A stretch of DNA of 64,000 nucleotides from Octopus bimaculoides. Its lineage: Eukaryota. The position numbers were made by a program, and so were the translations under genes. Below the pieces are notes generated by a model that was not told where the DNA came from, ran no database searches, and saw only the letters and a program-made list of their open reading frames with translations. Positions 12,201 to 27,322 of the stretch are shown here, piece after piece. Numbering within the stretch: position 1 is the stretch's first letter; every line of letters begins with the position of its first letter. The stretch lies in assembly GCF_001194135.2 (NCBI RefSeq), contig NC_068981.1, positions 20,692,042 through 20,756,041 of the forward strand, read 5' to 3'.

Positions 12201-15200
12201 AGAAACCAAACAAAACCAAAGTTAGTAAGAAATAGAATCAAAGGTAGGGCATATCTTTCAGTCTTTGTAAAACATTCAATTTTAAAGAACTTAAATTTCT
12301 ATAAAACGTTTTATTACTGGTAATTATGTAAATATACACCAACAATAACAACAATACACTGCAATACAAAATATTGATAATCTTGCTCCTACTGCTAAAT
12401 GTAATTAAACAAAACAAGATTTGCCCAAAATATTCACACAATGATTCCAAAAGGATTGAAACCCCTTATCACAAAACTATTCAAGTTTCTATTTGGACAA
12501 TCAAAGAGTATTTTAGTTACAGGCATTACAGAGGAATGAATGTTTAGATTAACTATAAATATACCAATTTTTTTAATGAAAATTAACCATGATACCAGGC
12601 ATTAACGCACAGTTAAAAAACTCAATATGCGGCCTGGAGTTTTAGGTTGAGTACCACTGTGCAGCACTTTGGATAAGCGTCTTTAACTGAAGTCTCACCT
12701 CAATCAATGTTGTGAGAGTGAAATTTTTCAGATGAGAATTATGCAGAAGCCTATCGTATGTATGTGCAAGCAGCAACAGTATCCAGTTTCATGCTCGTAT
12801 GAGTTTGAGGGATTGCCAAGGTTAGGGATCACACCTCACACATCCATAGCATTTTTAGCAAGGTTTCTGCAACTGGATGCCCTTGTTAACACCAGCATTT
12901 TACAAATGTACTCAGCACGTTTTTATTATAGCAATACACTCAGCAAAAGTAAAGAGACTTCTTGACCTACATTGTCTCCATTTGTTTGTCAACCATTTTA
13001 TAGGATGTTCTAGGTGCATTTTATCATGGCACCAGCACTAGTGTCATGTAAAACTACAGAGTGCTCACTACTCTATGTTATCTCCATTTATTCAAGCCAT
13101 CATGATCAAGAAGGTGAATAAAAGAGAGAGTATGATAGAAGCAACAGAGTAACTGGGGCAAGGGGTGGTAGAGGAGGGAGTAATGGGAGAGACACATGGG
13201 TGGCAGTTACACGTTGGTTGGTAATAAAGAGAAAACAAGAGATGGATGGAAATAGAAATGGGTGGTGGTAAGAGAAAGAAAGAAGTTAATAATGATTGGC
13301 CTGGGAAGTTTTGATGCCCAGCAGTGCAGAAGAGTGATGATGGCATGTATCTCATAGAAATAGATCCAATGCAATTCTTTGTTATATAAGCATCATGACA
13401 GGAAATGGGTAGAGTGGTAAGGGTGATGGCAGGAGGTAGATTGAATATGGACAGATCTAATGCCATCTTCATTCTACAGGCAGTATGGAACAGTGAGAGG
13501 ATAGATGAGAGGATGAGTGTTAGATGAAATGGAATTGAGGATGGGAGAGAAGAATGGATGAATAGATATACAGATATATATATGCATTTATCTAGATAGG
13601 TAAATATAAATATATATGTATTTATATGTGTACATATATCAACATCAGACAATAGAAGTGGTGCATTGAACAAAATATTGCATTTCATTCTATGCGAGTT
13701 GCTTTTCTGACACCCAGTCAACTGCTTTTCATCTCTTATGAGATCAATAAAAAAAAAAGATGCCAGACAAATTACTGGGGTTGATATAACAAACTAAAAA
13801 GAAACCCCTGACAGCGGTACCCCAGTAAGTCCACATTCTAATGACTGAAACCAATAAAGGGATAAAATAAATCGTATTAATTTACTGACCATAGTAAATG
13901 TTCCAACGAAACTATGAATATCTTTGCTTGGCTTCTCAGCATAAACATGTGCTGTAATATCTAGTAGACTCTGCAATTAGATAAAACAAACAGAAAATTA
14001 GTTTTCGTCTTAATAAATATCCTTAGCCAATGACTGAAAACAGAAGCAACATAGAAGTATGTTCGTATCAAAAATACTGTCAAACAAAGATAGAAAACCA
14101 CTAAAAACATTCCATTTTTGCCTCTGCAGGAATCAACATACACCAAGGTTAGTCAATTTAGATAATATATTCTTTGGTTATAGGTTTTATTCCTAGAATC
14201 AGATCATCACCATCATCATTTAACATCCATATTCCAGGTTGGATGGCTTGAAATCCAATGAGCCCAAGGACTGCATCAGGCTGCAATGTCTGTTTTGGCA
14301 TGGTTTCTACAGTTTGATGACTTTCTTAACACCAACCACTTTTCAATGTATACTAGGTGGTTTTCTCATGTCATCAGCACTAGTGAGGTTGCTATGTAGC
14401 TGGTGAGACTACAAACCTTAAGATAGGTGAATGCTATCAAGAAATTCAGCTCAGGCTTAAAGAGTTCACTTGGTTGGCATAAACGATGACGATGTCGATG
14501 ATGGCTGAAGCACTAACCAATCAGTTACCATATAATAGGTTTCCTGGATCAAGCTGGACTGGTGGCTACACAGCAGCAACACAAGTAATAAAAATTATAT
14601 GGATCAGAGCTAAGAAGTGACTGGGTTGCCTATAATTTTACTAAGATGAAAAAAGTTCATTCAATAAGTTCAAACCTTGAGCTCTTACACTGATTTTATC
14701 TTCTCTAAAGTGATATTTTATAAGGAAAAAAATAAAATAAAACTAATTCCTTAAAATAGTTTAGCAATTTGTTATTGTTTATTTCTGGGTCAATCCTGGC
14801 TGAGCAGACTTATTAGCAGAAGTCATCATCATCGTCGTTTAACGTCCGCTTTCCATGCTAGCATGGGTTGGATGATTTGACTGAGGACTGGTGAACCAGA
14901 TGGCTACACCAGACTCCAATCTGATTTGGCAGAGTTTCTACAGCTGGATGCCCTTCCTAACGCCAACCACTCCGAGAGTGTAGTGGGTGCTTTTATGTGC
15001 CACCGGCACGAAGGCCAGTCAGGGGGTACTGGCAATGGCCACGCTCGAAATGGTGTCTTTTATGTGCCACCTGCACAGGGGCCAGTCCAGCGGTACTGGC
15101 AATGAACTCACTCGAATGTCTTTTCACGTGCCACTGCCACAAGTGCCAGGAAGGTGACGTTGGTAATGGTCACGCCCAAATGGTGCTATTTACATGCCAC

Positions 15201-18200
15201 CAGCACAGAGGCCAGACAGCAGGTGCTCTGGCAACGATCACGCTCAGACAGTGCTCAGAAGTATTACAACTATAACATCCTTTCTTTTTATACATGAGAT
15301 ACATTGTCCTTGCTGTTTTTTTAAGGAAGTAGAATCCTTTATTGGTTTATTTAGTGAAGAGTAGTTTTTATAAATGAATTTCTTTTATACCTGACTTGTA
15401 CAGTGACAATTTGTCACTTGTCCATTTCCTAGGGAACTCACTCAGTGCAGACAAAGACCAAAAGTCTATTTTTGGTATTTAAACTAGTCACATCAAGCCC
15501 AAATATTCTACCTATTTGTGTTCAAACAAGCCAGGTTTAATCTCTCACACCTACCATACAATGTCATTCTAAAAAAAATATCACCAAAATCTTGAAGCTA
15601 AGAGATAATGAATGCATTAATAATTCAAAACAATGTGAATAAATAAGCATTATATTTGACAGAATAATATAAGAATTAGAGTACAATGTAGAGTTAAATT
15701 TATAAAACCAGACATAAATGTGATTCATACTTCATCTGAGGGAAGATGCTGAGTAGACTGCAAAGCTACACGTAATTTCCAATCTGTTTCACCATCCATT
15801 TGGTCTGTTCGAATAAAGCAAGACCCAACTTTTTCTGTTGTCCGAATTAAAACCATATCAGCAGGCACTCGTTGGTTCTGAAAGGAGGAAATGAATATTA
15901 GCAAGTAAATTAAGGAATAACAATTTTGATTCTAGGCAATATTGGGAGTTATGAAATTTTCAACAACTGGACTTAATCTAATTTTAATTAAATCTAAATT
16001 AGATTTTATTAACTACAAAATTGATTGAATGATATAAAAAGAATAACTATGCATAGGTGCAAGCATGGATGTGTGGTTTTAACCCATCACCTCCCATAAT
16101 TCTATTAAGCGAAATTTTTTTATGAAACTTTGATTTCTAGCATAAAACAGCCTTAGAAACACACTGGAATGATCAAAATAACATTTTAAATAGAAATAAG
16201 CGAGATATTGGGTGAAAAATTAGCAAACCTCACTTGAATATCAGAGAAATATACCTATTAGATATAGCAAAAAGGTTAGATATGTGTAAATATTGACAGA
16301 TAATTACGAAATCTGTAATTTTTAAGTAATCTCATATGAGATCACTGGTAGGTAATGGTTTCAGGTTCAGTCCCACTGGGCAAATGTCTTCCACAATAGC
16401 CTCAAGCTGACCAATTCTTCATGAGTGAATCTGGTAGACAGAAACTGTGTGGAAGCCTGTCATGTATGTGTGTGCGTCTGTGTCTGTCCTCTCAGCTTGA
16501 CAACCAATGTTGGTTTGCTTACATCCCTGTGACTGAGTGCATTCAGCAAAAGAAGACTAATAGAATAATTACCAGACTTAACCCTTTAGCATTCAGATTA
16601 ATTTATCAAATATAATGCTTATTTATCCATTATTTTTAAAAATTAATCCCGTATTATCTCATAGCCTTGAAATTTTGATATGATTGTTCATTTTTAGAAT
16701 GACATTGCAGGGTAGGTGTAAGAGGTTGGATCTGACCAGTTTCAACATAAAACTAGTAGGATATATAGGTCTGATATGGCTGGTTTAAATGCTAAAGAGT
16801 TAAGTACTGGGTTCGATTTGGTGGACTAAACCCTTATGGGCAGTGCCCCAGCATGGCCACAGTCCACTGACTGAAACAAGTAAAAGATATTTCTAGTGTT
16901 GGAGACAAATGTATTTAGACCGTGTTGTAAGTGTAAATGAGAGAATAAAAGATACTCCTTACCTTTTCAACAGTTATTAAATCTCCAACTTTTATATTGG
17001 AACTAGGGAGTAATTTCAACCCATCTCGTGTAAGTTTTCCATACAGTTGTGAGTTGGCTTCTTTATCTCTTCGGTACCGCTGATAATCATCAAAGCCTTC
17101 CCTCACCATTGTCACAAATATTACAAAGCACTATAAAAAAAGAAAAACAAGAAAATGTATTAAAATTTTACAAAACATTCCCTTCTGGGTCTGGAACAGT
17201 AAAAAAAAAACGAGCAATGAATCTTTTTATATATTAAAATATTTAGGGTAGAGAATTAGCAGAGATGGTATAGCATCAAGCTAAATGCTCATAAAGTACT
17301 TATCATCATCATCATCATCTAATATCCATTTTCCATGCTGGCATCGATTGGATGGTTTCACATGGTATGGCGAGCCGCAAAGCCATGTTGAACTCCAGTG
17401 TCAGCTTTGGCATAATTTCTATGTGGAGTACCATTTCAAATCCCAACCACTTTACAGTATGTACTGGGTACTTTTTTTGTTCCACTGGCATTAGTGAGGT
17501 CCCCAAGTAAGTTACAAAACAAAAATAGAAAGGGAGAAAAGGCAAAAAGCCCCAATGAGTGGGGTATTTGGGAAAGAGAAGTGGCTTTAGGTCAGGTGCT
17601 GAAAGGCTACAGTATGAAGGAAGGACAAGCACAAGTGTCTTGCTATAGAGGGAATACATGGCTATCCCACATTATATAAAGGTAGATAGGTGGTAGTAGC
17701 CAGGAAGAAGATAAAGGTGGTAGTAGTAGTGATAGGGTGCCAAAGCAAGTTCAAATTCCACAAACATCAACATTGACTCATCTTTACAAAGTTAATACCA
17801 GTAATATCAGTACCAGTTCTTTCAATTGCACTCTTCAAAAAGTAGTTTGTACCAAAATAAGAAACCAATATTAAAATCTGTATGACAAGGTGATATCATG
17901 ACTTATTTTACAAACAGAAATAAACCAGCTGTCTTGAAACTAAAGAGATGCAACATAACAGTAAATATCATTTGGAACAAACTATACAGTTTCATTGAAC
18001 TTCAAGCCTAACTCAATAGGGGATACCTATATGAGATCAGCCAACCTAATGACAGTAAACACATGATGAATAGATCAAACATTTAAAAACAAATGATGTG
18101 TCCAAAAAGTGGCAGAGATTAAAAAGAATGGTTTTATATTGATTTTTTTCTACCCTAACAATAGTACAATGGTTCTTCACATCTTAAATATGAACTTTTG

Positions 18201-21200
18201 ATACAAGTTGTTCTATTTAGATATCATTTCCAACAATCAATCAAGTAGAACATGACAGTGTGCTATCTACTTCACAGATGGTTAGGCTGAAATAAATTAT
18301 TATCTTACATGGCAAGAGTTACAAGTGGGTTTCAACCAAATAACCACTGTGTAAGTCATTGATGATATCATGACATTTATATAAACAAATAGCTATTTGC
18401 TGTTATAACAACCAACTGGATACAACATTTGTAACTATAGTTACTAATTTCCTTCAATGATTTCTTTTCAATATGCTATTAACTCAACAGTAGTAATTTT
18501 GCATTGATAATGAACAGAGAACCTTAAGCAATTTAGATTAATTTTAGAGTGGGTGTTAACATAAAACCAGTTTAATTCATGTATGAATCTTAGAATCATG
18601 TTGTCAGCTAAGGACTGACATCAACTGTATTGGTTCCTCCTCCTCGGGGGTTTTAAACAATTTTACCAATACTGTGATGTCAGCTTAAAAAGAAAGAATA
18701 AAACAGTATAATTATACTCACCAAAGGACCCCAGTATGTGTAGAGGTAACCAATACGGATTTCTGGTAGGAACTGGGAAATTGCCATTATAAGAAAATAC
18801 AAATTCAAGAAAAAATTGAACTGTTCATATAATACCTGTAAAAAGAGAGTAAAGTTTCAGGAAAAGATTTCATGGGAAAGCAATTTATCATTAAAATATT
18901 CCATTGTAGAAATAAGTGAGAAATATTGGTCTAAACTGACTACTCAAAATTTTTTTAGTATGTGGTAGAGTATCAAAATAACAGTTGTTCTACTGTTAAC
19001 AATACTCATGGAGTGAAGTTCAAATATTGTCAGGTCTTAAAAAAACGTCATAATTTACACAAACAATTTATTAAAGACTATGTCCTTTCACCACTTTTGA
19101 TTAATAATAACAATAATGAGCTTACTGTATAGTGCTCAGATGCACCCCCGACTCTTCTGAAAAGGTTAAAAGAGTGGACAGCGAGCAGACATAAGTCAAA
19201 TAAGGGCAGCAATGAAATACAGAAGTATATGCATAGCAAACAGAATAAAACACAAACATAGAGAAAGTCATAGAGAATAAAGGTGCACAGGTACATCAGT
19301 CATGTTGGCAAATTTCAGGAAACACAGAATTTTTGAAGGATGCTATGTCCCAACTTAACAGATGTGGATAGTGTATTCCATGTTTTGACAATTCTGAACA
19401 TGAAAAATGTTTCTGAAAGTGATGGGCACTGTGCTATCATAGATTATAGATGACAAGAAGGAATAGTAATTTACAAGGGTCTCTATGTGATGGCTGCTTT
19501 TTAGGAGTACACAGCAGTTTCTGATAAATAGCAGAAATATTTACGTATTCAACAATGTGTTTGCAATGTTTCAACTATATAATCAATACCTTAATTGAAA
19601 TCCTACAAGATATTTCAAGGTGTCCAAAAATGCCATTATCACCTACTCCTACTTTGGCTCCCTCCACTATTATCTCATATCCATACCACCATCACCCACT
19701 TCTACTATAGCTACATACACTGTCATCACATACCACCATCACCTAGTCCTGCTACCAACCAGTACCATCACATTTCCATACCATCACATTTCCAATCTCT
19801 GCTATAAAAGAAATGAAATGTTCCTAGTTTGAATGCATTTAATCATAGGTCTAGTCAATCATGGATCTAGTCAATCATGGGTCTAGTCAATCATGGGTCT
19901 AGTCAATCATGGGTCTAGTCAATCATGGGTCTAGTCAATCATGGGTCTAGTCAATCATGGGTCTNNNNNNNNNNAGATCTAGTCAATCATGGGTCTAGTC
20001 AATCATGGGTCTAGTCAATCATGGGTCTAGTCAATCATGGGTCTAGTCAATCATGGGTCTAGTCAATCATGGATCTAGTCAATCATGGATCTAGTCAATC
20101 ATGGGTCTAGTCAATCATGGGTCTAGTCAATCAGACCTACCTAGGATTTAAACAACAGCAAGTACCATGGTCTCTGCAAGAGATAGTACCCAAATCTCCC
20201 CCAAATCACATCTTAAAAATAAACAACACCTTGGATAATGTAGTCCTAGATACTTCTAAAAGACAAAATAGTTGATCATCAGTCTACTAAAACAGGGTTG
20301 ACTCGGAGCTAACAACTGCTATCAAAGACCTCCACCTGTACACTCTTATAATAGTACTGATATTTCCAAAAGATGATCATAGTATTATTTCTTACCTTTG
20401 GTATGAAACTAAATACACTATACTTCTGATTTCTGATCACATTCTTGGAGTACTTCTCCAGTGGGCCCCTTGATAAACCTATATGTATAATACGGGGCTG
20501 TAACTCTTTCTTCCTGCAACATTTTGAAAATAAAGATGCTAAACACCTGAAATAGAAAACAAAAACAAAGAGTCAATTAGCAGTAATTAAACAAAATTAT
20601 AACTCACTTTTATCACCTTTTATTGTTTCAATCATTGACAGTGGGTATGCTGGGGAAAAAAACTTTAAGAGGTTTATTTGAACAAGTCAACCCTAGTACA
20701 GTAATCCCTCAACTATCGTGGGTGTTATGTTCTAAAACCTCCCGAGATAGGTGAAAATCTGTGAAATAGAAACAGTACTGTATAGTATATATTGTGTACC
20801 TTGCTCTTATGCTTTTCTTTCTAATCTGATTCAAACTGATACAGACCAATATAAGCCAACAAATTTTCTTGACAATCCCTAGTATCAGTACTCACTTTCA
20901 TTCTTTTAGAATCTGATTTTAAATCCTAACAAGATTCAATCAATTTTACTTACTCCTCTTACAAGAATTGGTTTGTGTCTAGTGAAGTAGTTACAAATTT
21001 CTTAGAGATGGTGAGAGAAATAGTAGAAATACTAGTTTAACCCTTCAGTATTCAGATTATTCTGTTGAATGTAATGCTTGTTTATTTACATTGTTTTGAA
21101 TTTATCATCAATCTATCTTGTAGCTTCGATATTTTGATGATGTGATTGTTTAATTTAAGAATGGCATTATAGGATAAGTGCGAGAGGTTGGATCTGGCCA

Positions 21201-24200
21201 AGCAAAATATTTGGGCCTGATATGGCCAGTTTAAATACCAAAGGGTTAAGATTCATTTCTTGATTGTCATATAGAATATTATTCAGTTAATTGACAGAAT
21301 TAGCAGTTACAAATAGATGTCATGAAATGACTGAAGTACTGAAATGGTATGTTATAATCATCATTACATGGGTCGGATGGAATTTGTTGAGGCAGATTTT
21401 CTATAGTCAGATGTCTCTTATGTCACAAACTCTTCCTCATTATCAAGTAAGGTAATATTTCCACATGACCAAGAATATATTTTTCTACGTTGGGCCTCAC
21501 TGAGGCAATGACAAGAGACCAAGACCTCTTAAGATATGCTGTGATTGAGAAGACCCAGCAAGTAAAGTGAGATCACAACTGTAGCCTGTACCAGTGTCAC
21601 ACAACCAGCCCATTTAAAAAGTACCTTTGAATCATCAGGCGACATGCCATGCTTGAGGAGACCTACTGAGTCAAGTAAAATCAAAGTCACAACCAGAATC
21701 TCAATCAAATCGAAATCAAAATGGAAATTGCAGTTGCGGTCAATGCCAGTACCGCCTGACTGGCTCCCATGCTGGTGGCACACAATAAGCACCATTCATG
21801 CGTGGGTCATTGCCAGTGCCGCCTGACTGGCTCCCCGTGCCAGCAGCATATATAGAGAACCATCTGAACATGGTCGATGCCAGCCTCCCGCCCTGACTAG
21901 CTCTTGTGCTGGTAGCATGTAAAAAGCACCCTCCGAACATGGCCGATGCCAGTGCCACCTGACTGGCTCCCATGCTGGTGGCATGTAAAAAGCATCCACT
22001 ACACTCTCGGAGTGGTTGGCATTAGGAAGGGCATCCAGCTGTAGAAACCTTGCCAGATCACATTGGAGCCTGGTACAACCTCCTGGCTTGCCAGTCCCCA
22101 GTCAACCCATCCAACCCATGCCACCATAGAAAGCAGTCATTTGTTGATAATGATTGCTCCTACTGCTAAATGTAATTAGCAGTAGGAACAATCATCAGCA
22201 TGGAAAACGGACGTTAAATGATGATGACATAAGGCTGGAAAGACACTACTTGTAGGATAGTGACACTTGCTTACAATCATTAAGCAATGCCAAGGTAAGG
22301 AGTCAGAGATACACACACAATGGGCTTCTTTCAGTTTCTGTCTATCAAATCCACTCCTGAGGCTTTAGTTGGTTCAAAGTTATAGCAGAAGACACTTCCC
22401 TAAAGTGTCACATAATGGGACTGAACCTGAAACCATGGGTGAACCGCGATGTACCAAGTGAGTGATGAGTGAACCGCGATGTACCAAGTGAGCGATGGGT
22501 GAACCATGATGTGGTTGGGAAGCAAACTTCTTATACACAACCAATAAGCTGACATGGGTAGATTTGCTGAAACAAGTTTCACATAGTGGATCATAATACT
22601 TTATAAGACACCATGTTGTTACTATTTTAGAATTAGGTCTACTGGCTGGTTTGGGAACTACTTAAAAAATTTGGCAGGGCAACAATATGCTATTTCCTAT
22701 TTTATTTGAAAATTTATATCAATGACATTTTTGGTCAATCATTAAAATTTTTAGACAATTCAGATGAATTCTACTATGCAATATTCTTCAATACTTTCAT
22801 TCATGAATGCACAATCTTAGAAACACAAATCCCAGCAGCACAATAATATCTGTGGAATTAAGTAACTTCATACATTAATTTACCAATGTTGTTCGTTTAA
22901 AGTAATGCATAATTAAGAAGAGCCACTGACATGAAATTCCATGAACTTTTACTTCCCACTGAAATTTATTGCACTGTTGATCATCTATTGCTGATTACAT
23001 CATGCAAACAACTGCTAACAGCACTATTAATTATCTGTTCTGAACATGTTGCTCGAGCAATCATTACACCTGCATGGTAATATTTTAAAATATTTTCTTC
23101 ACAAATCCAATATAAAATTTCAATGTTGTTTAGAGTTAATTCTCAATTCAAAATATTTTGATAATTATAAATAATTAATATTGTGAAACGACATTTGCAT
23201 ATATTATGTAATGACTGAATCCAGGATTGAAACACTGACAGCAAAAGATTTCCTTTAGGGAAAAAACTTCACCATTGCAGTGTGACAAATGTTGTTTATT
23301 AATAAATTTACACTAGCACTAACATGCCGTCTTAAAGATAGAATAAGTTTTTCAATGTATCCCTCTTTATTTAAAGACAGTAACAGTGTAAACTGAGAAA
23401 TTTTAAGCTGATATTTCTAGCACATTTAGTGACCACATAGAGGCACTCTCATATATGATAAAGTAAACCAGAAATTGTGAGCAGCAGTTACGCAGAAGTG
23501 GCAACTATTTTAAAATAAATCCCAATTATTCCAAATCTATATCCACTTATATTCTGAGCAAATGATCAAAGTATAAAATAAAGAGGTTTTAAAAATCCTG
23601 TCTAATGGATCCCAAGAAGAGAAATAAAACACTATTGCAATAAAATGTTATGTAAAGTGCACAATCCTGAAATACAAATTCACAAAACTAGTTTAATAAT
23701 GCATGCTTCAACAGCTAACCAACAAAAATAGTGTTGTAATAAGTCAAATTCAAAACAAAATAAAAGGTTACATAAGATAATGTAGGCCGTCTGGACAGAA
23801 GTAAAGACAGCATTATTACAACCAGAATGCCTTTGAACATAGATCTAGTCAATGAGAATTAATAATAACAAGACAAGCTAACAAGAAAACTAAAGTCAAC
23901 AATGATATCTTTACATAGTCATTTGACCTGCTAGAAATAGCAACCAAATCTCTTTCTAATCAAATTTACTATCTTAAAAAAATGACACATAAAATGTAGC
24001 CCTATATACTGCTAAAAGAAAAAAAACAGACTTGTTGGATGCATTTGTTTTATCAAAGGTCTGGTCAATTAGGATTAACCTAGGGTTAAACAGCAACAAA
24101 CAGGTAGAAAAAGGAAATTCAAGGTGTGTTGAAAATATGGAGATATGAAAGTTATATCACTGCAACATCATCATCGTTTAACGTCCGCTTTCCATGCTAG

Positions 24201-27200
24201 CATGAGTTGGACGATTTGACTGAGGACTGGCGAACCAGATGGCTACACCAGGCTCCAATCAGATTTGGCAGAGTTTCTACAACTGGATGCCATTCTTAAC
24301 GCCAACCACTCCGAGAGTGTAGTGGGTGCTTTTATGTGCCACCGGCACGAAGGCCAGTCAGGCGGTATTGGTAACGGCCAGGCTCAAAATGGTGTATTCT
24401 ATGTGCCACTTGCACAGGAGCCAGTCCGGCAGCACTGGCAATGACCTCGCTCAAATGTCTTTTCACGTGCCACCATAATATGACATAATACAACGGTGAT
24501 AACTGTGCTATCCTGGCCCACCATGAAACCAAACAAGAATTCTAAGATGCAAGAACATAAAAATAGTACTTGTATATACACTTTAGCAGTGATGAAATAT
24601 GCAAAAATAATCAACCATATCGATCACATTAAAATAATTATTTGAGGACGATGATGGTTATTGTTATTAATATTAGGGTGGTCAATGACAAAATCAATGT
24701 TTAGTTTCACTCTTTTAGATTCTGAGTTCAAATCCCACTGGTGTAAACTTTGTCTTTCATCCTTTCAGGGATCAATAAGATAAAGTATCAATCAAGTACT
24801 GGAGTCAATTTAATCAACTAACCCCTTACCTCAATATTACAAGTTAGTTACCTAAATTAGAAACAATGTAAGAAACAGTTAAGATGAGGTATTTAGTTTC
24901 ACTCTTTCACATCCCAAGTTCAAACCTCACAAAAGTCATCATTGTCTTATATTTTTCTGGATGATAAAACGAGTTCCAGAAATGTATATTTGGTTAATTA
25001 AAAAAAAACCATACTACATTCTGTAAATATATGACCTTATACCAAAGTTAGAATCAATCTCTTCTAAACAACTATATTGAAAAAATTATTGTTATTATTC
25101 TGAGATTAATAAAATACCTGTAATATACTAGTGTCAATTTAACTGACTGCACCTTACCTTAAAATGTGGCCTTATGCCAATTTAAGAGGAAATAAAATAA
25201 AGCAGTAGTCAAGTGCTGAGGTAGTTATTATCGACAGCTCCCCTCCATCTAAATTTGTGGCCTTGCACCTCTGTTAGAAACAATTATAATAAAAATAAGT
25301 TTTTCCATATATCAACTTGTGATACACCAGAACACATTATCATTGATGTTTCCTGGATCATTAGGTGTTCCAGGTCTTTCAACGTCAGACACCTTCACTT
25401 AGGTAACCCAGAGAAGGTTAATCAAACTCCAGTTTATATCCAGTTAACACTACCCCTTCTAGGGCTCATACCTTAATAATTATCATTGCCATAGTTATTT
25501 AGAAAAGATAGGGAAAAGTGAATGATAGGATGATTGAGAGAGCAATGAATTAAATATCTTACAGTATTATTCAGTTAAGTTTCTTTATATTCTGAAATCA
25601 ATCCCATTGAGAACAGCTTTGTCTTTCAGCCTTTTGAGTTTGACAAAATAAGTATCAGTTCTTATTCTAATATACCCGAAGAACACCCAGTCCCACTGTT
25701 TATCAGGTCAGATACATAATAGAAGTTAACAACTACAACTAGAGAGCTTTCCGAGATGTGAAAGCATTTCTTGGGTGTTCTCACTGCAAACTACTTCTGT
25801 GCATCAAATTTTCTTCTGTCAGCTTGCCCATGATCACATTGCAGCACTTGTGGACCTATATTTTACACTGGATACATCATCATCATTTAACGTCCGTTTT
25901 CCAAGTTGGCATGGGCTGGACAGTTTCATCAGAGCTGCACAAGGTTCTTCTCTGATTTGATTTAGTTTCTTCAGTAAGATGCCCTTCCTAATGCCAACCA
26001 CTTCACAAAGTGTGCTGAGTGCTTTTTTATGTGATACTGGCACAGGGATCTTGCAGGCCAATCCTCTTCAGCAGGAGGAGCAGCATTAACACTTCTTCTG
26101 TGGAGGACCTCCTTGGGTATAGTAAGGCACCAGATATCTCATATGGAATTCCTACCTACTGCATTTCTGTTTATCAAACCTGGTAACTTTCCGGATGGCA
26201 ATAAAATCCTGTCTGCTTTCTATGCAACTAAAACTCGTCTTCACTAGATTTACTTTGAGCAAAATCTGGAATTAATAATTCCAGATTTTGCTCCCATATT
26301 TAGAACTTCCCCAAAATGTTCAATAGATTCACTTGTGAGAAATGGTCATAAATTCTTCTTCTGTGGCCTGGAAAACAAATATGCTAAATTCTTCACTGAA
26401 CTGAATTTCTAACTCTTACATTACTGACAGCATCTCTGTTCATGGCTTGTATAGACTTCAGAATCCATTTATTTACACCTAAATTTCTTAGTGTCCACCA
26501 AACTGCTAAATGTGGAACACTGTCAGAGTTATCTTTATGTTGATGAATGCTTACTAATAGCCTCAGTTTAACTATTCTCCAGTGACCCTTCAGTTTTACT
26601 TCAATCACACTATACCCCATACAATTCATCACTTCAGAGACATAATATAACTCAAAGAACAGATCATTGGGCCATACCTTGTCATTCAACTGACCACCTG
26701 TGAGTTAACAGAGCCAATGTACTTGAGCTGGTAGAAAAAGCAGCCTAACATCTTAGAAAGGAAGAACACATTGTAAGAAGTACCCCTGGATATACACCAA
26801 GATGGAATAATAACAGCTGGACTACATTTGCTTAAGTTTACCAGATCAGGACGGACTTGAATTAACAATTTACAACTTGTATGTTATAAGGTTTGCTCAA
26901 ACAGGGTTGATGTGGGATTGCATAACATAACAACCGTGTTATCATTCTGAAGAGAATGTGTACTTATTGTTCTTTGTAGTCTCATATTTTATGTATACAT
27001 TATACATCCAATCAACCTCACCCAACCTAATCTACATTGTGACAATATAAACTTCAAAAGACCTAAGTTACTGTTGCACAAGGTTGTGGGAATTTATTAA
27101 CGTTTTATATAAATGTCATGTTTGCAGTACACAGCTATTTATGTGCATGAATGCGTAGAAAATAATTTACACAAACAAATCAAACCTAAGTTTCACATCC

Positions 27201-27280
27201 ACTTTCCAATGAAGCAATATGAAGAACAGTACAAAACAATTATTTGTTTTCACACACAAGCATATATATGTATACGTGTG

Positions 27281-27322
<42 letters not shown>

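Noticed and set aside
13092-13721. 209-aa minus-strand ORF
   Set aside because: Low-complexity S/L/P/I composition from the skewed repeat body; no domain or splice support
15790-15810. QMDGET instead of the usual QLDGET
   Set aside because: Conservative substitution; the catalytic DGET is intact
21740-21995. CRISPR-like repeat/spacer appearance
   Set aside because: Eukaryotic intron, degenerate repeats, linkers similar to each other, no cas genes; these are LINE 3' UTR modules
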